From the NCBI RefSeq assembly GCF_002113885.1, contig NW_018408913.1:451537-515536 (forward strand): DNA of 64,000 nucleotides, given 5' to 3'. Source of the DNA: Mizuhopecten yessoensis. Taxonomy: Eukaryota. The notes beneath the pieces are model-generated. The model was not told the origin of the DNA. It searched no databases and saw only the letters and a list, made by a program, of their open reading frames with translations. A program made the translations under genes and the position numbers. This document shows, piece by piece, positions 39,401-54,400 of this stretch. How positions within the stretch are numbered: the first letter of the stretch is position 1; each line of letters opens with the position of its first letter.

Positions 39401-42400
39401 TTTTATTCATTTGTTTTTCCGAAAAACAACAACAATATTCTATGTTACGTATGCAACATACCGTGAAATGTAAAGTCGGTTAGCTAGCGGCGCAGTTGAA
39501 AAATTAACACCTAATTACTAGGATTGTCGGTAGTAGGAGGAAGTATTTATGATGCCTTTTGAACGAAGAGAAACAAATCAACCCGAGCTGGAGTCGTGAC
39601 ACCCTTTGATCTGGTTTACATAGATGTTGAATACACTACACGGTTTAGTATTCAAAGCAATATCGGGTTTAGTACCATTTTGGAAACAGAACAAAAAACT
39701 CATTTATATTGCAGCATTTTGTATTGGGAATATTGTCAGTATGGTGTTGTTATTGACTTCCCTTGATATTTCCGGGTTGGTTTGCTGTGACTGATTCCTG
39801 GAGACAATGTTATTAATAATATATGCTGACTATGTAGGTCTTCATCACGGATATGAACTGTGGATTTGTTAGTGTTCAGTGTCAATACTCAAGCGGTAGT
39901 GTCATAACAACTTGTCCGTCATCGATTCGTCTGTAATATATCTTCAGCAGACTATGGGTTTCTTATTTGGCCTCTGACGTACCCCTTAATAGGTCAAAAC
40001 GAAGTCATTACAAAATGTATAGAATCTCCAATTAAACATTACTAATGACATATATTGTCGGTTTCATACTTTGATACCTTATGTCCTATTCATGTAGACA
40101 CTACCTGAAACACATCGTCTGTAGGCTGAAGAAATTCAGATATTCATGTTTACACTTTTAGAGAAACCTTCCGGCACCATCAAGTGGTAATATCAAGAAG
40201 TCAAAAAATCTTCTTCTGAATTTAGGCAAAATAGCAGTAGTTTCCGTAACAAGTTCAAGATTGGTTTATTATGATTTTTAAAAAAAACGTAAAAAAAACC
40301 CACAGAATTATGTTCACATACGCCCAATTAATTATAAAGAAAAAACAATACCGAAGTGCCAACAAAATTCTAATTCGAACTCAAAATCGATAATACTAGA
40401 GCAAAATGTGAACAAAAGAAAAAAAATAGCGGAGTACAAGGTGAATACGATCAGGTGTTCCGGAAGGGTCAGAGTCTTCTGCTTCGTCGACGACGCCCGC
40501 CTTGTAAATCTAGGTCAAATCCAAGTAAGGTCACGTCCTCATATCGAAAACTCGGGGCGTCACAACAAAACAAGGATCGACATTTAGGAATACCAGTTAA
40601 AATATCTTTTCGACAAGCTTGATACTAGGGCTTTCAGTTTGATAGATGTTAATTTTTAAAACGATGATTACAAAAAATGCTTTGTAACCATACAAAGGGT
40701 CAAACCGATTTGGTCATATTTCAGAAAAAATAGAATGAAGATAATATATTTCTTTCTTATTTTTTCTTAATTTTAAAATCTTTGTAAAAAAAAAACCCCG
40801 ATCAAACAAGATCTTTTCAATTAAATATATACAAATTATTAAAACTCTTCTACGCATATCATGGTCAATAGGGAACTACACAAGGGGTCAAATACAATAT
40901 AAGACTATATAATTTTCAAATAGCATTGCTTACGAGTATTGATTAAGATTAATTGAAATTCGGGCTCTGGGATAATGATGGAACTGTGATTTTAATAAGT
41001 AGGTAAAATACAAATCAGGTGAGTGGATTAACACCCCTGTGTCTCTTGTTTTCTGAACGGTCACTAAATAAATCATCTATCAAATACATGACACAGAAAC
41101 ATACACACACCAGTATCATAGAAGAAGATCATACTTGTAAATAGTGGGATGTGAGTTTCACATAGATACCTAGAGACGATCGTCAACGATAAACAGAGGC
41201 TTAAAAACAATGGCTGTATTTTGAAACCATTCCCAGTTTAATGTCGCACCTGTTTGTGTTTAACCTAGATTTTTCAATCGTTTTAACGAACTTCTTTCTT
41301 TACACTGCCAGAGCTACTCTTCATTTAGAACATTATACCTATATATCATTTTTTTATCGTTAAATGAGCGTTTAATGCTTCTTTAATTTATTTTGCAGCT
41401 TTGCACATTTGTGATGAGCTATTATTTCTCTAAATAGTTAAGGTTTCTTGAAGTTCGTCCGTTTGTTCATTTAGAGCAAAATACAAAACGTTTCATCTTC
41501 TAAAATATAAAAATAGATTAGCACTCATACAGCTACACACATTTCATATAGTTTGATTAGAAACATTTCGTTTGATAAAGACAAAACAAAACAAAATCAT
41601 TTTTATTGTTGACCTCTTATCTAAAGACCCTGATTTCCATTCATGATCATGCTTGCAAAGATTGGCAGCGTAACATTACTAGTCCATACTAAGTACATCA
41701 AGAGAAACGCTCTCAGCGAAACTTTGTGAGATACTGACTGCGTATATTTATCGGACAAGAATCTCTTGCATGGACAGGTGTCGTGGAGGAAGGAAGCAGA
41801 CACATGTTGCACACCACACAGACTTTCTTCATGTTATCAAACGTTAACAGTATACAGGGCCAGGTGTGTGTTGGAACACCAGTCGTTTCAAATAAGCGAG
41901 CAGTTTTACCGGCCACGAAAACATCTCTTTCGACGCTATTTTGCTGTGATGATGTCGTTGTTTTTCACCCTCGAAGTTATTCTGTTGTGATTAGGTCATT
42001 TTGGTTCTGATTAATCATTGCCTGTCTAACAGTACTTTCTGACGTTTTTTGTCCACACAATTCACCGAGAAATGTGTTTGGTCGTATGTCTTAATAGAAA
42101 TAGTGTTTTGTACATTATCCTTGAGTTAAAGTAATTCTTGACAATCATTTTTTGTCGTTTTCATTATCTCTGTTCAGCTGCCGCACAATCAATCTACAAA
42201 AAGAAAATACGGAATCCATGAAAACATAACAGTCATCTCATACATTAAGGGACCTAGATATACGTGGTCTTGATGGTTTACCAAGTCCATACATTAAGAA
42301 CACTAAGATCGTACGTGGTCCTGGTGAGGTACCGATTCTCACACATTGGAACGTGGTTCTGATGATATACTGAGTCTCATACATTAGGAAGATGTACTGA

Positions 42401-45400
42401 GTTATTGCAAAGGCAACCAGCACAAGTACTTTCGTTTTTCATCACAGTTTAAATCTCGGTTTATTCACAGGTGGACAAACTTGTTTTAATTACTTTTTAA
42501 ATCTCCTTAAAATCTCTTTTTTATTGTAAAATTTCCCGAAATTCATGTTTTAGTCAGCCATTTATGATAATTTATTGTCCTTAGCTCCTAGCATCGCTAT
42601 AAAAAGTGTAATAATAATACCTTGTCATCAACCGTTACAGGGAACCACACCTGCATTGATTCTGACGAACTGCACGAATTGCTGTCAGAAGTGGACACCG
42701 AGATCAACTTCGCTTTACGGATGATCCGAAACAAGACGATATACACACAATGGGACTTCTCGGGGTCATTCTCCTTCGTCATCACCGTCGTCACAACTAT
42801 AGGTATGTCATCAACAACACCGTCTTGGCTTTGTACTAGGACACCTGCTAATCGATATTATAATATATTTAAATTTCTGCCAAAGACTTTCGACTTACGA
42901 CACGATATGTCGATATGATTTTCAAACGATGTTGACATAGTCTGAGATGTCGACACAATATATGAATATGTTGCAACAAATTTTGAATTATGTCAACATA
43001 TCAATTTTTTTTTCAAAATATTCGAACATATTTCGATTGTTTGGTGGTTGCTATTCAAATGCTGAAACCTTGTAAACAATACATACGCTCAATATTAAAC
43101 TCGACAATATATTTCACCATAGCATATAATGTCTAATCTATGTTGAAATAAGATCTCTGTTATAACAATTTAATGCCTTTTCGGGGGTGTAAAATGACTA
43201 TGTAAATGTCCATATCAATCAATAACCCACTTTTCCTTTGTTATTTACTGCTGTACTTTAAACATAAACGTGCAGGAAAACTTGATTAGAGTTTAATATT
43301 AATAAAATGAATAATGGCCATATCTGGCATGCTTCATTAGTTCATATATTAAAGAGCAAATCCTTTTCATACAGACAGAATCTGATCATTATAAATATAA
43401 AACATTATCAAAAGTCATATTCGGTAAAAATATTTAACGTTGAAAGTAAAATATTAAAAAAATCGGTTATTGGGGAATGAGGGAGATGAAGGATGAAGGG
43501 ATAAATGAAAACAAATCGGAGACTTTATTAACACATAAGCTATATCATGGAGAAGGGTGTTTAAAGATAAGAATATAGAAGATAGAATATTTATACTGAC
43601 AGTAGAGATAAAAAGAATGCTAAAATTAAAGTACAATGCGGTAGCCACACCGCCATGTTAAATATGTCTGATCCTCTGACAACATAAGTTGTGTTAGCTA
43701 TTGACGCTTTTAATCATGTTTATTATCCGCTACGCTTGTTTATCAATTTACGTAATTGTATTTTAATTGCATCCTGTTGAGTTAGACTTTAATATGAGCT
43801 GCCCTTACTCAGGGGAACTGTTAGAGTTCTAATGAAATATGAAATTTCGATAAGTTTCCTGTTATAATAATTTCAGAGAATATACCTGCGGAAACCTGCT
43901 GTTGATATTTGATGATTTTAACAGAATAATGAAAATAACATAATGACTTTAGGATTCTGAACTCATCTTCCAGTGAGTGCTAATATATGATTTTTTCACG
44001 GACGGTTTAAGCCACGTCTGCTCTGGCACCAGCCGTACGTGTTTACCTGTAGGTAACTAGGTTACAGATGCTTACATAATGTTGTCTGTGTTTATAGAAT
44101 AAATAGTGTCTAGATCTTTGTCTCTTCTGTTACTAAGAAGTAACCGTTGAGTCCTCTTGAAGACCTATTAGTGACGGGTAGGGACGTGTGATGTGTGTGG
44201 CCTACTGGTGGCTCGAACACTTGACTACTTTTACATTGACAGAACAAAGACATGTTTCCTTGTAAATATAGCGGTAATACTGCAAAAAAAAACACCCACG
44301 TAAATAAAACGATATTCACTTACAAAGCAATGATACTCATGTTCGAGATACGACATTCTGATCACATGTGATCGACGTATCGGGAATAAAAAAGCCAAAC
44401 TGGTACCACCATTGTTTAAACATTATTTCAATTTAAACCTTTAAAAACGCGTATTCATGGTAATCTTAGTTTTTAGAGTTTAATAATAAATTTGATATAT
44501 AAATCAACTTTATATTATATTTCCATATTATAATAAACATGAGTCATATGATCATACTATTGATAATCATCTACCATGTTGATGGATATTTAAGAATAAG
44601 TTAAACGATATTTCATGGAAACAAGTTTTTTAATTCGTGTGACGAACTGCAATATTTAAGTTTAAAATCAAACTAAGAATAGACACATAATTATTGTAAA
44701 AATCATGTGAAATCTTAGTGACTATGGTATGAAGTATGACATGTTTTAAACCAGAAATTAAACAAAAAATCCTTTTTTTTCTAAAATTATAATTTAACAA
44801 CGAAGTATAAATTGTTTTGAAACATCTGCTAGAATTTTAGCATGATAGAAATATTTCTTTAACATATTTTTCTCGAATAAGATACTTCAGTATGGTGTAC
44901 TTGATCTTGCCCTTCCAGACAAAATCAATATAACTGTTAATGTGGGAGGAAACAGGTGTACCCGATAAAAACCAACGTAGTCGAAACAGGTCATCCCATA
45001 CCTTTTCACGTCCGATCGGGGAATCGAACACCGGCCGCCATGGTGAAAGGCGAATGCGTTATCTATCCGCTGAGCCATCCGACCTCCCTGATTTGATTAC
45101 GACCCGTACAATACAATTCAATACAATACAAGCAAACCCTATGACGCTTGTTAGTTTTTAGTCATTTGAAGAAATCAATGAGTTTGTGTCGTAATGTCCT
45201 ACTATTTGCGTCACAACTAAATTCCATTTCAATAGTGCATATAAAAATATATAAAACCCAAAACATTCCGAAATATAAAACGACTTGAAGAAGGTGGTGA
45301 TCATATAGCAATGACTGTCTTTAACACTAGTCATTTGGTTATAACTCAATGAATTTTCGTAGAATATTTTACAAACAATACCTCGTTTTCCATTCCCGCC

Positions 45401-48400
45401 GAGCCGTCCCGGAAAACTCTAGACACTTACCTCGTTACATCGAATTTGAAAAGTTCCTTTTCTATCAATAATTGTTATTAATCACTAGCAATACGAAGAA
45501 AGGTACAACTTATTTAAATCATTAGCAAGTTGATGCAACAAGTCACTTTATTGCCAGGCTTCAACAGTAAGGCTAAAAGTCAAAAGAAAATAAACACCGT
45601 TTAAATCAGATAAGTTTCAGATACATTTTCAAATACAAATTTTGTCAGATTTGTTTGTGTTTTCCTGGGATGTCTAAGTGAGATAATAAAGAAGTATGAC
45701 GTCAGTGAGTTTGTTAAATATTGATTAAATAATAGTCAAAACGAGAGTCAAAAAGAGAATGATTAGTATATTCCACAAAGTACTATCATATCATACAGTT
45801 TTCGCTTAATTATGGTGATTGATGACAGTAGCCGTTTAAAGCTATGTAAAGATTGAGGTGACATTATGTAGTGTAACTCCTTTCACGAATTACAGTGAAA
45901 ATTAATATTTTGCATATTCTTATTTATTGACAGTAAAAATGATTATTACATATAGCATATTAACAAAATGTCCTACCTTGTGTCCCCAGGGTACGGTAAT
46001 CTGGCCCCTCGAACGGGCCTGGGGAAGGTTGCTGTGGTTGTGTTCGCCTTCATCGGTATCCCCATCACCATGATAATGATCTCGTACATAGGACAGGTGC
46101 TGACCAGACTGTCCAAACGGGTTAACAAGTGTAACCTCTGTTCGTCCAAACCAATGGTCAACAAAGTCCTCAACATTGTGTTGATTATAACGCTTGGAAT
46201 CACCATGTTGTTTGGAATTCCTGCCTTCATTTTCAATCAAGTCGAGAAATGGGACTTTTTGGAAGGGCTTTATTATTGTTTTGTCACGTTATCTACGATA
46301 GGATTTGGGGATTACATTGCAGGTAAGTAATATGTCTGTGATCGTGAACACGTCTCATTATGCTTTTGTGTCCTGTATGGTAGATTATATACTAGTATGT
46401 ATGTGCATTTGTCATAATTCATCTTGAGATCATATAAAGCGTCCATATATTTATTCATCCTCCAAATATTCAAACAGAAGATATTGTCTTCTTTCTTACC
46501 CATTGACATGTTCTGCTATATTGTGACAAATGGGACTAATTCACAAACGCTTACCCTCCTTTCCTCATTAGCAACATACTATATCCCTCTCAGCTGATGG
46601 AGTTTACATTATCATGATGGATTTACTACACCAGATACCTTTCAAGTATCAGAATGTCCATGTCGACCATTGGTTATTGAAAACCTATTCTAAAACGTAA
46701 TGTCACTTAACTACTCGGTCAGGCCAGCGTTTTACAATACTCTTCAATAATAATCTGTTTTCCAGAGATTGTTGTCAACTTAGTTAAGAAGACTGATTTA
46801 TTGTATCTTATATCGTTGATGTCCTGCACACTTCCCTAGATATACTGACGGTGTCTTAGTGGTTGCTACACGTTTTGAAACGAAACAGGGCCTTATCGTT
46901 CCAGAACACCTAGTAGTTCTTGAAGTCCTTCCCCCTTGTTTCCGTGGGTCCTTTTATATCTCATTGACGTATTTTTGTATCTTAACAACGCGATATTTTT
47001 TATTTAGTTTATTTTTGAACTTCCCTTTAACCAATTTTCTTCCCACATATAGTGATCTTAAGATCTTATATGTTTTGTTTCTATGTTGGTCTCTGTGCAC
47101 TATTTATCCACGTTAGTATACCGATCTCATTAAGTTGTTTTGCTGTAATAATGTTTATCAATTTAAAGGCAATATGATGTTATAATGAAGGGAAATGTCC
47201 TTATATCAAAGATGCAACTTGTTTCGCTCGGGTGCGATTTTTTCTCGAGAAATTCGGGTTTGTTATATCGATATCCGAATGGGTATAAGCGTGGAATTTA
47301 TTTTCATAGTAGGAATGTAATCACCAGCTACGACTATCGAGTTTGTTAGTTTGATAGAGTGGGTGGTGATAGACACCAATGGGGAAATATTTACCCAGAT
47401 CATAATGCCATACGTCACTGCCGGGCACACACCTCCATGTCAACACGCTGTCCGTCACGGATATCGTACCGAACGATCCCGTTACTCATAATATTAGCTT
47501 GGCTTAGCATATATGTATGATTGTACCTTAATTCCACAGACGGGAAGTAATGATACAAGTTCATGCGTGTTATACGTATATCTTTGACAGGTGCTGCATG
47601 TCAGCACGTGATTAAATATAACTTAACAGACGGTTCTACATATATAAAGTGATGAAAGCATGTCATTTTTTTCTAGTGTTGATTTTGATTCCAATGCAGC
47701 AGGAGATGCTTCCTCGTAGATCACATTACACTAGTCTCTGTCATGGTGATATAGGCAAAAATACTACTTATCAGTTATCTTTGGACCACCAGGGGCGACT
47801 CCTAACTTACTAAGATTTATAAATTCCTTTATTCCAATGTATATATTGAAGAAAATCATTTTCAGTTTTGAGATGCTTTGCATATTGGAGGTAGACTGAT
47901 ACCCGTTTATTCCATTTAAAGCGTTTATGAAGTTCTTATCATTTCAGTATTTGTCATTTCAATTCAAATAGTCTATGAAATCTCGTTATTGCAGACACAA
48001 ATGCTTTCAGAAAAGTCGTCCATACTAAAATTGTCTGGAACAAAGAGCTTCCCCTGCACGTAGTCATCAGTTAAAACATATCCATGACGATCGTTCTTGT
48101 TTAATGGCTATTCCTGGTTATCACTATGTCGTTGTGATACCACCTGTCCATTTTTAGAAACAAATATCTGTATACCGATTCACTAAACCACTTTTCAGCG
48201 GATGCCTTCTTTTGATGATGCTGTAGTATATTTTGTCATTGTGATGATGCTGTAGTATATTTTGTCCTTGTGATGATGCTGTAATACATTTTGTCCTTGT
48301 GATGATGCTGAAGTACATTTTGTCCTTGTGATGATGCTGTAGTACATTTTGTCATTGTGATGATGCTGTAGTATATTTTGTCCTTGTGATGATGCTGTAG

Positions 48401-51400
48401 TACATTTTGTCCTTGTGATGATGATGTAGTATATTTTGTCCTTGTGATGATCCTGTAGTATATTATGTCCTTGTGATGATGCTTTAGTATATTTTGTCCT
48501 TGTGATGATGCTGTAGTACATTTTGTCCTTGTGATTATGCTGTAGTATATTTTGTCCTTGTGATGATGCTGTAGCACTTTTTGTCCTTGTGATGATGCTG
48601 TAGTACATTTTGTCCTTGTGATGATGATGTTTTATGTTTTGTCCTTGTGATGATCCTGTAGTATATTTTGTCCTTGTGATGATGCTGTAGTATATTTTGT
48701 CCTTGTGATGATGCTGTAGTACATTTTGTCCTTGTGATGATGCTGTAGTACATTTTGGCCTTGTGATGATGCTGTAGTATATTTTGTCCTTGTGATGATG
48801 CTGTAGTACATTTTGTCCTTGAATGTTGATGCTGTAGTACATTTTGTCCTTGTGATGATGCTGTAGTACATTTTGTCCTTGTGATGATGCTGTAGTATAT
48901 TTGTCCTTGTGATGATGCTGTAGTATATTTTGTCCTTGTGATGATGCTGTAGTATATTTTGTTCTTGTGATGATGCTGTAGTATATTTTGTCCTTGTGAT
49001 GATGCTGTAGTATTTTTTTCTATTTACTCAAGCTATATCCGAGAACCGCCTGAGTGATCGCGGGGCTGGTGACGTGTATCGAGTTGTGACGTATGTGTGG
49101 ATCCTGTTCGGGCTGTCCTATCTCTCACTCGTCATATCTTACATCACAGAGGTCTTCATAAAAAAAGCAGAGAAAATGGAAAACTTCACCAAGAATAAAT
49201 TTGAGGTGAGAATTTTCAGGAAAATTAGATGCATTAAGACAGTATCTTATATTCTCTTTTTCGATATGTATGAAATAAAATATATCTGTGTATCTTGAGT
49301 TGTGTCTATGGTGGTATGTACCGGTCTTGTATACATTTGTCGTTTAAACAAACTCTTTCACTGCGTCAGGTCGTTTTGTCTTTGAATCACAAGAAAAACA
49401 AAAATGTAAATGTTTTTCAAATGGCCTGCTACATTGAAATCAGTCCGGTGATTCTGAGACAGAATTTGGCAAGTGGTCCACGATGATAGGCATAAATGAT
49501 CTGACTACATTGCAATCAGTCCAGTGATTCTGAGACAGAATTTCGTCAGTGGTCACTGTGGTCCCAGATGATAGATATCAATGGTCTGACTACATGTTAG
49601 TGACACCATAGTCTTTACACTGGACACGACCAAGGATATGCCTTGTGTTCTTGAGTGTTAGTGGCACTACAGAGATCGCATGTTATTTGGTTGACCAATC
49701 ACATGTTTGTTATGACTAAACTGAAAGCAATTCAGAGATTTCGAAACAGGATTTGTTAAGTGGTCCCAGTGGAACGCGATAAAAATTCTTTATCATATTT
49801 ATCTGAGAGGTACATGTCATTATCGACAGAGATGATATTCGTGTCTACGCCAAGCTCTGTCAAACCGGATGTATGTACTTCCTAAACAGGAAGTTGAGCG
49901 CACCTATGCGGCAATTATATTCCAATACATCTTGTCCAATTCCAGTTTTCTGTCAATGATATGATGTTGTTTACTTTTTAAACGGAAATTTGATATACAT
50001 CATGCTCTCATAACATATGAAGATAAAGTTTAATTTCGATAACAGAAAGAAAAATCGGTGCGTGTTTTTGGTTTCCTCTTATTGACAGACTATAATGAAT
50101 GTTATATTCACGAGCTCACACCTTGTCTGGTTTTGTAAACACAGACTTCGATTTCTCGATTGACTGCCTGTTATGTTATTAGTGTAGGTTACAGGCAAAC
50201 ACCATTACGATGAGTTTCGTTTAGATATTTCTTATTATTTAAATAAATTTGACTGGATTTACGACAATGACGATGTAAGATGAATACTATGTGCCAATAA
50301 CCACTAGTTAAGTCTGCATTAGGTATGGTCTATAATCAAATATGAGCTACACAGTTGAAGTAGAAATACAATATCGACGGTTAATCAGAACTAATATCAA
50401 CAGTCCGAAAGGGCCTGTCAACGGTACTGCTATCAACAGTCGGACAAGGCCTAAAATCTGCTACTGTAGCTCAAAAGGTATAGGGGCCTATGAGTGCTGC
50501 TAATATCAACAATCGGACTGAGCTTATTGAAGCTACTTGTATCAAGAGTCGAACAAGGCCTGTACAAGTTCTCAATATCAACAATCGGAAAAGGCCTATA
50601 CAAGCTACTGATATTGACAATATGTCAAGGCTTATACATTAAAGCGTGGAATAAACAGCAATCAATTAACAGAAATGAAACTTAGACGTAGAAATAATGA
50701 AGATATTAAAAAGATACTTATTACTGCTTGATAACATAGTTCTGAATACTTGGAGCACATGCATTTGTGTGTGTAAACGTTTACCAGTAGTTTTATTAAC
50801 ACATGGACGTTTACCAGTAGTTTTATTAGCACATGGACGTGTACCAGTAGTCTAATTAACACATGGACGTTTACCAGTAGTTTTATTCCCACATGGACGT
50901 TTACCAGTAATCTGATTAACGCATGAACATTTACCAGTAGTCGTATTAACACATGGACGTTTACCAGTAGTCTAATTAACACATGGACGTTTACCCGTAG
51001 TCTAATTCACACATGGACGTTTACCAGTAATCTAATTAACGCATGAACATTTACCAGTAGTCTTATTAACACATGGACATTTACCAGTAGTTTAATTAAA
51101 ACATTGACGTTTACCAGTAGTCTAATTCACACATGGACGTTTACCAGTAGTCTTATTAACAAATGGACGTTTACCAGTAGTCTAATTAACACATGGATGT
51201 TTACCAGTAGTGTTATTAACACATGAACATTTACCAGTAGTCTAATTAACACATGGACGTTTACCAGTAGTCTAATTCACACATGGACGTTTACCAGTAG
51301 TCTAATTCACACATCGACGTTTACCAGTAATCTGATTAACGCATGAACATTTACCAGTAGTCTAATTCACACATGGACATTTAACAGTTACCTGATTCAC

Positions 51401-54400
51401 ACATGGACGTTTACAAGTAATCTGATTAACGTATGAACATTTACCAGTAGTCTAATTAACACATTTAAGTTTACCAGTAGTCTAATATTAACACCTGTAT
51501 GTTTACCAGTAGTCTTATTAACGCANTTAATATTAACACATGGACGTTTACCAGTAGTCTAATTAACACATGAACATTTACCAGAAGTCTAATTAACACA
51601 TGGACGTTTACCAGTAGTCTTATTAACACATGGACATTTACCAGTCGTTTAAATAACACATGGACGTTTACCAGTAGTCTAATTAACACATGGACATTTA
51701 CCAGTAGTCTTATTAACACATGGACGTTAACCAGTAGTCTAATTCACACATGGACGTTTACCAGTAGTCTTATTAACACATGAACGTTTACCAGTAGTCA
51801 AAGTAACACATGAACATTTACCAGTAGTCTAATTAACACATGAACATTTACCAGTAGTCTTATTAACACATGGACGTTTACCAGTAGTCTTATTCACACA
51901 TGAACATTTACCAGTAGTCTAATTAACACATGAACATTTACCAGTAGTCTAATTAACACATAAACATTTACCAGTAGTCTTATTAACACATGAACATTTA
52001 CCAGTAGTCTAATTAACACATGGACGTTTACCAGTAGTCTAATTAACACATGAACATTTACCAGTAGTCTAATTAACACATGAACATTTACAAGTAGTCT
52101 AATTAAGACATGAACGTTTACCAGTAGTCGTATTTTTAACACATAAACATTTACCAGTAGTCTAATATTAACACATGGACATTTACCAGTAGTCTAATTA
52201 ACACATGAACATTTACCAGTAGTCTTATTAACACATGGACGTTTACCAGTAGTCTTATTAACACATTGACGTTTACCAGTAGTCTAATTCAGACATGAAC
52301 ATTTACCAAAAAGTCTTTTGCTTTGGTAAGTGAAAGTGTGATACCATTTTAGTTTTAACATAGGGACATATTGCTTATCGTAATCATCTTTATGATGAAA
52401 TGTATATGTCCTTAACTTATTGTGTGAAGAAGGATTACGGTTAGAATGTTCTTTTCGGTAGCGACGAGATTTTTTATTGTGTCGACTAATCTAATTTCAC
52501 TATGAATACCGATCGTATTATTTTTTCCCGTTTCTGTCAAAAAACCTGAACATAATTGTATGCTGGTATTCTAAGGCCAGGTAATGTTGTAAACAAGCTA
52601 TGACGGATTGTAACAACCTGTCAATCATATCGGAAAAAATATCGACGTATTCTATTAGTTCTCTGCATGGTGAATATTATGATGGCGAGAGCACCAGCTA
52701 AACCCGTCAGAACCTACAATTAACTTCGGAAAACTGATCATCAAATGTGCACAGTATCATGTATTGAAGGAAAGATCTCACGGTAGAGTTGTTAGGCTTT
52801 AGGACGTTACTAGCTTGCTTACTCGTACCGTATAACTGATTCAATTTTTGTTTTCTATAGCCTCGTTCCAAAATTGATTTTCTTCGAAATGGAATAGATT
52901 AATATGAATGACGGCCTCAGCTTTGCTTTTATCCACATGATAATTTATTTACTTAATTCTTTATCGTATTTGAAATATTTGTTTGAAATAAACATATATA
53001 TTTGACAATACAGTTTATTAATCCAAAGAGTGATGCCTCATATACGTATATATGTACAATATTGATTATGTGTTCATAGGTTCAGCCCAGCACGCGTTTG
53101 TAGGATATTGTTCATGTGTCTCATAGGGACACCTCTGCAGGTAGTTATACATAATATAGTTAAATTTGTCTACATAGGGACATCCCAGCAGGTAGTTATA
53201 CATAATATCGTTAAATGTGTCTGCATAGTGACATCCCTGCAGGTAGTTTTATATAATATAGATAAATGTGTCTGCATAGGGGCATCCCTGCAGGGAGTTA
53301 TACATAATATAGTTGAATGTGTATACATAGGGACATCTCTGCAGGTAGTTATACATAATATCGTTAAATGTGTCTGCATAGTGACATCCCTGCAGGTAGT
53401 TAAACATAATATAGTTAAATGTGCCTGCATAGGGACATCCCTGCAGGGAGTTATACATAATATAGTTAACTGTGTCTACGTAGGGACATCCCTGCAGGTA
53501 GTTAAACATAATATAGTTAAATGTGTCTGCATAGAGACATCCCTGCAGGTAGTTAAACATAATATAGTTAAATGTGTCTGCATAGTGACATCCCTGCAGG
53601 TAGTTTTATATAATATAGATAAATGTGTCTGCATAGGGACATCCCTGCAGGGAGTTATACATAATATAGTTGAATGTGTCCACATAGGGCCATCTCTGCA
53701 GGTAGTTATGCATAATATAGTTAAATGTGCCTGCATAGGGACATCCCTGAAGGCAGTTATACATTATATTGTTAAATGTGTCCGCATAGGGACATCTCTG
53801 CAGGTAGTTATACATAATATCGTTAAATGTGTCTGCATAGAGACATCCCTGCAGGTAGTTATGCATAATATAGTTAAATGTGCCTGCATAGGGACATCCC
53901 TGCAGGTAGTTTTATATAATATAGATAAATGTGTCTGCATAGGGACATCTCTGCAGGTAGTGATACATAATATAGTTGAATGTGTCCACATAGGGACATC
54001 TCTGCAGGCAGTTATGCATAATGTAGTTAAATGTGTCTGCATAGAGACATCCCTGCAGGTAGTTTTATATAATATAGTTAAATGTGTCCGCATAGGGACA
54101 TCTCTGCAGGTAGTTTTATATAATATAGTTAAATGTGTCTGCATAGGGACATCCCTGCAGGTAGTTTTATATAATATAGTTAAATGTGTCTGCATAGGGA
54201 CATCCCTGCAGGTAGTTTTATATAATATAGATAAATGTGTCTGCATAGGGACATCTCTGCAGGCAGTTATGCATAATGTAGTTAAATGTGTCTGCATAGG
54301 GACATCTCTGCAGGTAGTTATACATAATATAGTTAAATGTGTCTACATAGGGACATTATGTACGACATTGTTAAGTGTGTCTGCAATGGATATCTGTTCA

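Noticed and set aside
48211-49013. Box C motif GTGATGA in each 29-bp unit (C/D snoRNA cluster)
   Set aside because: No box D (CTGA), terminal stems or guide sequences.
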